Shown in pieces: positions 62,878-64,000 of a stretch of DNA of 64,000 bases (within the stretch, counting starts at the first letter, position 1; each line of letters begins with the position of its first letter). The translations under genes and the position numbers were made by a program. Below the pieces are notes generated by a model that saw only the letters and a program-made list of their open reading frames with translations, was not told where the DNA came from and did not search any database. The stretch is from an uncultured bacterium (GTDB taxonomy: Bacteria; Bacteroidota; Bacteroidia; Chitinophagales; CAIODY01): positions 11,831 to 75,830 of the forward strand of contig CAIODY010000091.1 of NCBI GenBank assembly GCA_903857255.1, given 5' to 3'.

Positions 62878-63231
62878 TTATTTTCGCTTCCAAGGTGGTA
62901 ATTTTGAATTAGTGATTGAATCAGAAACATGCTTTAAATATGATTGGTACTTGTCAATCTGTTCAGCAGTGAGTACTTTTTTAATATTGCTGTCTTTATT
63001 TTGAGATAACTCTCCAGCTTTATTGACAGCCTTCTTGGCTTCATATTGGGAAGTGTACATTTCTAAAAACACTTTATTTATGCTGTCTTCTTGTGTTTTA
63101 GTTAAGGTTAATAATTTTGAATAAAATTGTGTTGCTTTCTGTGCACTTTTTTCAGGAGATTCTACTTGTGCATAAATGTTTTTATTTGCTAAAAACATAA
63201 CCATTGTTAAAAATAGGATGACTTTTTTCAT
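62878..63231 (-). CDS. small hypothetical secreted helical protein
   Basis: The internal ATG at 63231 gives the signal peptide MKKVILFLTMVMFLANKNIYAQ. The mature part is K/E/Q-rich and helical-looking. Confidence 0.55.
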   Translation of the reverse strand: MKKVILFLTMVMFLANKNIYAQVESPEKSAQKATQFYSKLLTLTKTQEDSINKVFLEMYTSQYEAKKAVNKAGELSQNKDSNIKKVLTAEQIDKYQSYLKHVSDSITNSKLPPWKRK

Positions 63232-63489
63232 TTGAAATTTTTGTTTAAAAATATTTTGAATTGCCAAGGTATCTAAATTTATTCCTACTAAAAAAGAATT
63301 TGAAGAAATAGAAAAATCAAACGAGCAATTCAAAAAGATGAACAATTGCGAATGCTGATTTGGGGTCGTCCACAATTTTATTTATTAATAATATTTTTTG
63401 TCATTAACCAGCAGTAAATTAAATTATAAGTCAAATAAAAAAAGGAAACCAAAAGTTGATTCCCTTTTTTATTTATTGAAAAACTCTTA

Positions 63490-64000
63490 TCAAAGCTTAG
63501 CATTCAATTTTGCTATTTCAGCAATTCGCTTTTCAGCCAGCATCAATGCTGCTTTGTGCGATGTAATATTTTCCGATTCAGAAGTATTGAAAATATCCAT
63601 TGTCAATCCATAAACCTTATCAGCTTTACCCATTGCACGTTCACGATTGTAGCCCAACATTTCGGTATAAACATTAATCAATCCACCTGAATTAATTAAA
63701 AAATCAGGCGCATACAACATGCCCATTTGCTTTACAGCGTTGCCATGCAATACTTCATCTTCTAATTGATTGTTTGCACAACCTGCTATGATGGCGCATT
63801 TCAAGCGTTTTAAAGTGCTGTCATTCACTGTTGCGCCCATTGCACAAGGTGCATATACATCCATTTTCACATCATAAATTGCATCTGGCTCAACAGCGTT
63901 GATACCGCTAAATTTATTTTGCAAAGCTTTCACTTTATCAGTTGCAATATCAGTTACATAAACTGTTGCGCCGTCTTTCACTAACATTTCAATTAAATAA
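63490..64000 (-). CDS. Glu/Leu/Phe/Val dehydrogenase family protein (leucine dehydrogenase-like), C-terminal part; the gene continues beyond the window
   Basis: The frame is open to the right edge. The sequence ...VYVTDIA...VYAPCAMGATVND...IIAGCANNQL...YAPDFLINSGGLINV is typical of the NAD-binding domain of this family. Confidence 0.82.
   Translation of the reverse strand, partial: YLIEMLVKDGATVYVTDIATDKVKALQNKFSGINAVEPDAIYDVKMDVYAPCAMGATVNDSTLKRLKCAIIAGCANNQLEDEVLHGNAVKQMGMLYAPDFLINSGGLINVYTEMLGYNRERAMGKADKVYGLTMDIFNTSESENITSHKAALMLAEKRIAEIAKLNAKL

Noticed and set aside
1-64000. tRNA, rRNA, tmRNA, RNase P RNA, IS elements, integrases and prophage genes.
   Set aside because: I scanned the intergenic gaps and ORF translations by eye. 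I saw no cloverleaf-like GTTCGAATC-type arms outside coding sequence and no transposase- or integrase-like proteins.

Overview
This looks like a Bacteroidota chromosome segment. The evidence is three proteins ending in type IX secretion (T9SS) C-terminal sorting domains, recurring TAnnTTTG -7 promoter boxes about 20-45 nt upstream of start codons, a 287-aa primary sigma factor, and no Shine-Dalgarno-like leaders. The left third carries two giant T9SS cargo or adhesin genes (1938 aa and 3314 aa), a peptidoglycan-binding repeat protein, murA, a TerC-family gene and a MarR regulator. The centre (about 22.9-40.9 kb) is one long respiratory cluster: a cytochrome c biogenesis gene, Alternative Complex III (actABCDEF), aa3-type cytochrome c oxidase (subunits II, I, III, III, IV), and a heme O synthase gene split by a 1-nt frameshift. 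The right third is mostly housekeeping: ftsX, uppP, DUF420 plus SCO oxidase-assembly genes, an FKBP isomerase, nrnA-like, an ABC ATPase with a membrane partner, comB-like, dnaG, rpoD, era, mqnB-like, queD, parC and a Leu/Val/Phe-type dehydrogenase. A few A+T-rich hypothetical genes are interspersed. I found no rRNA, tRNA, CRISPR array, transposase or integrase. The most unusual signals are non-coding. (1) A family of about 85-90 nt modular repeat elements lies in the sense orientation in long spacers between co-directional genes: three copies in the ACIII/cox cluster and one between mqnB-like and era, with related modules upstream of parC and DUF420. (2) A near-perfect tandem 14-mer, TAGTACYTAATACA, lies just upstream of actB, actD and ctaD. 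(3) A helically phased array of TTTCACCCC(C)TTTT motifs (spacings 21, 63, 63, 21 nt) lies next to two DnaA-box-like 9-mers, between two genes of unknown function. All functional assignments come from reading motifs by eye. No database search was run.
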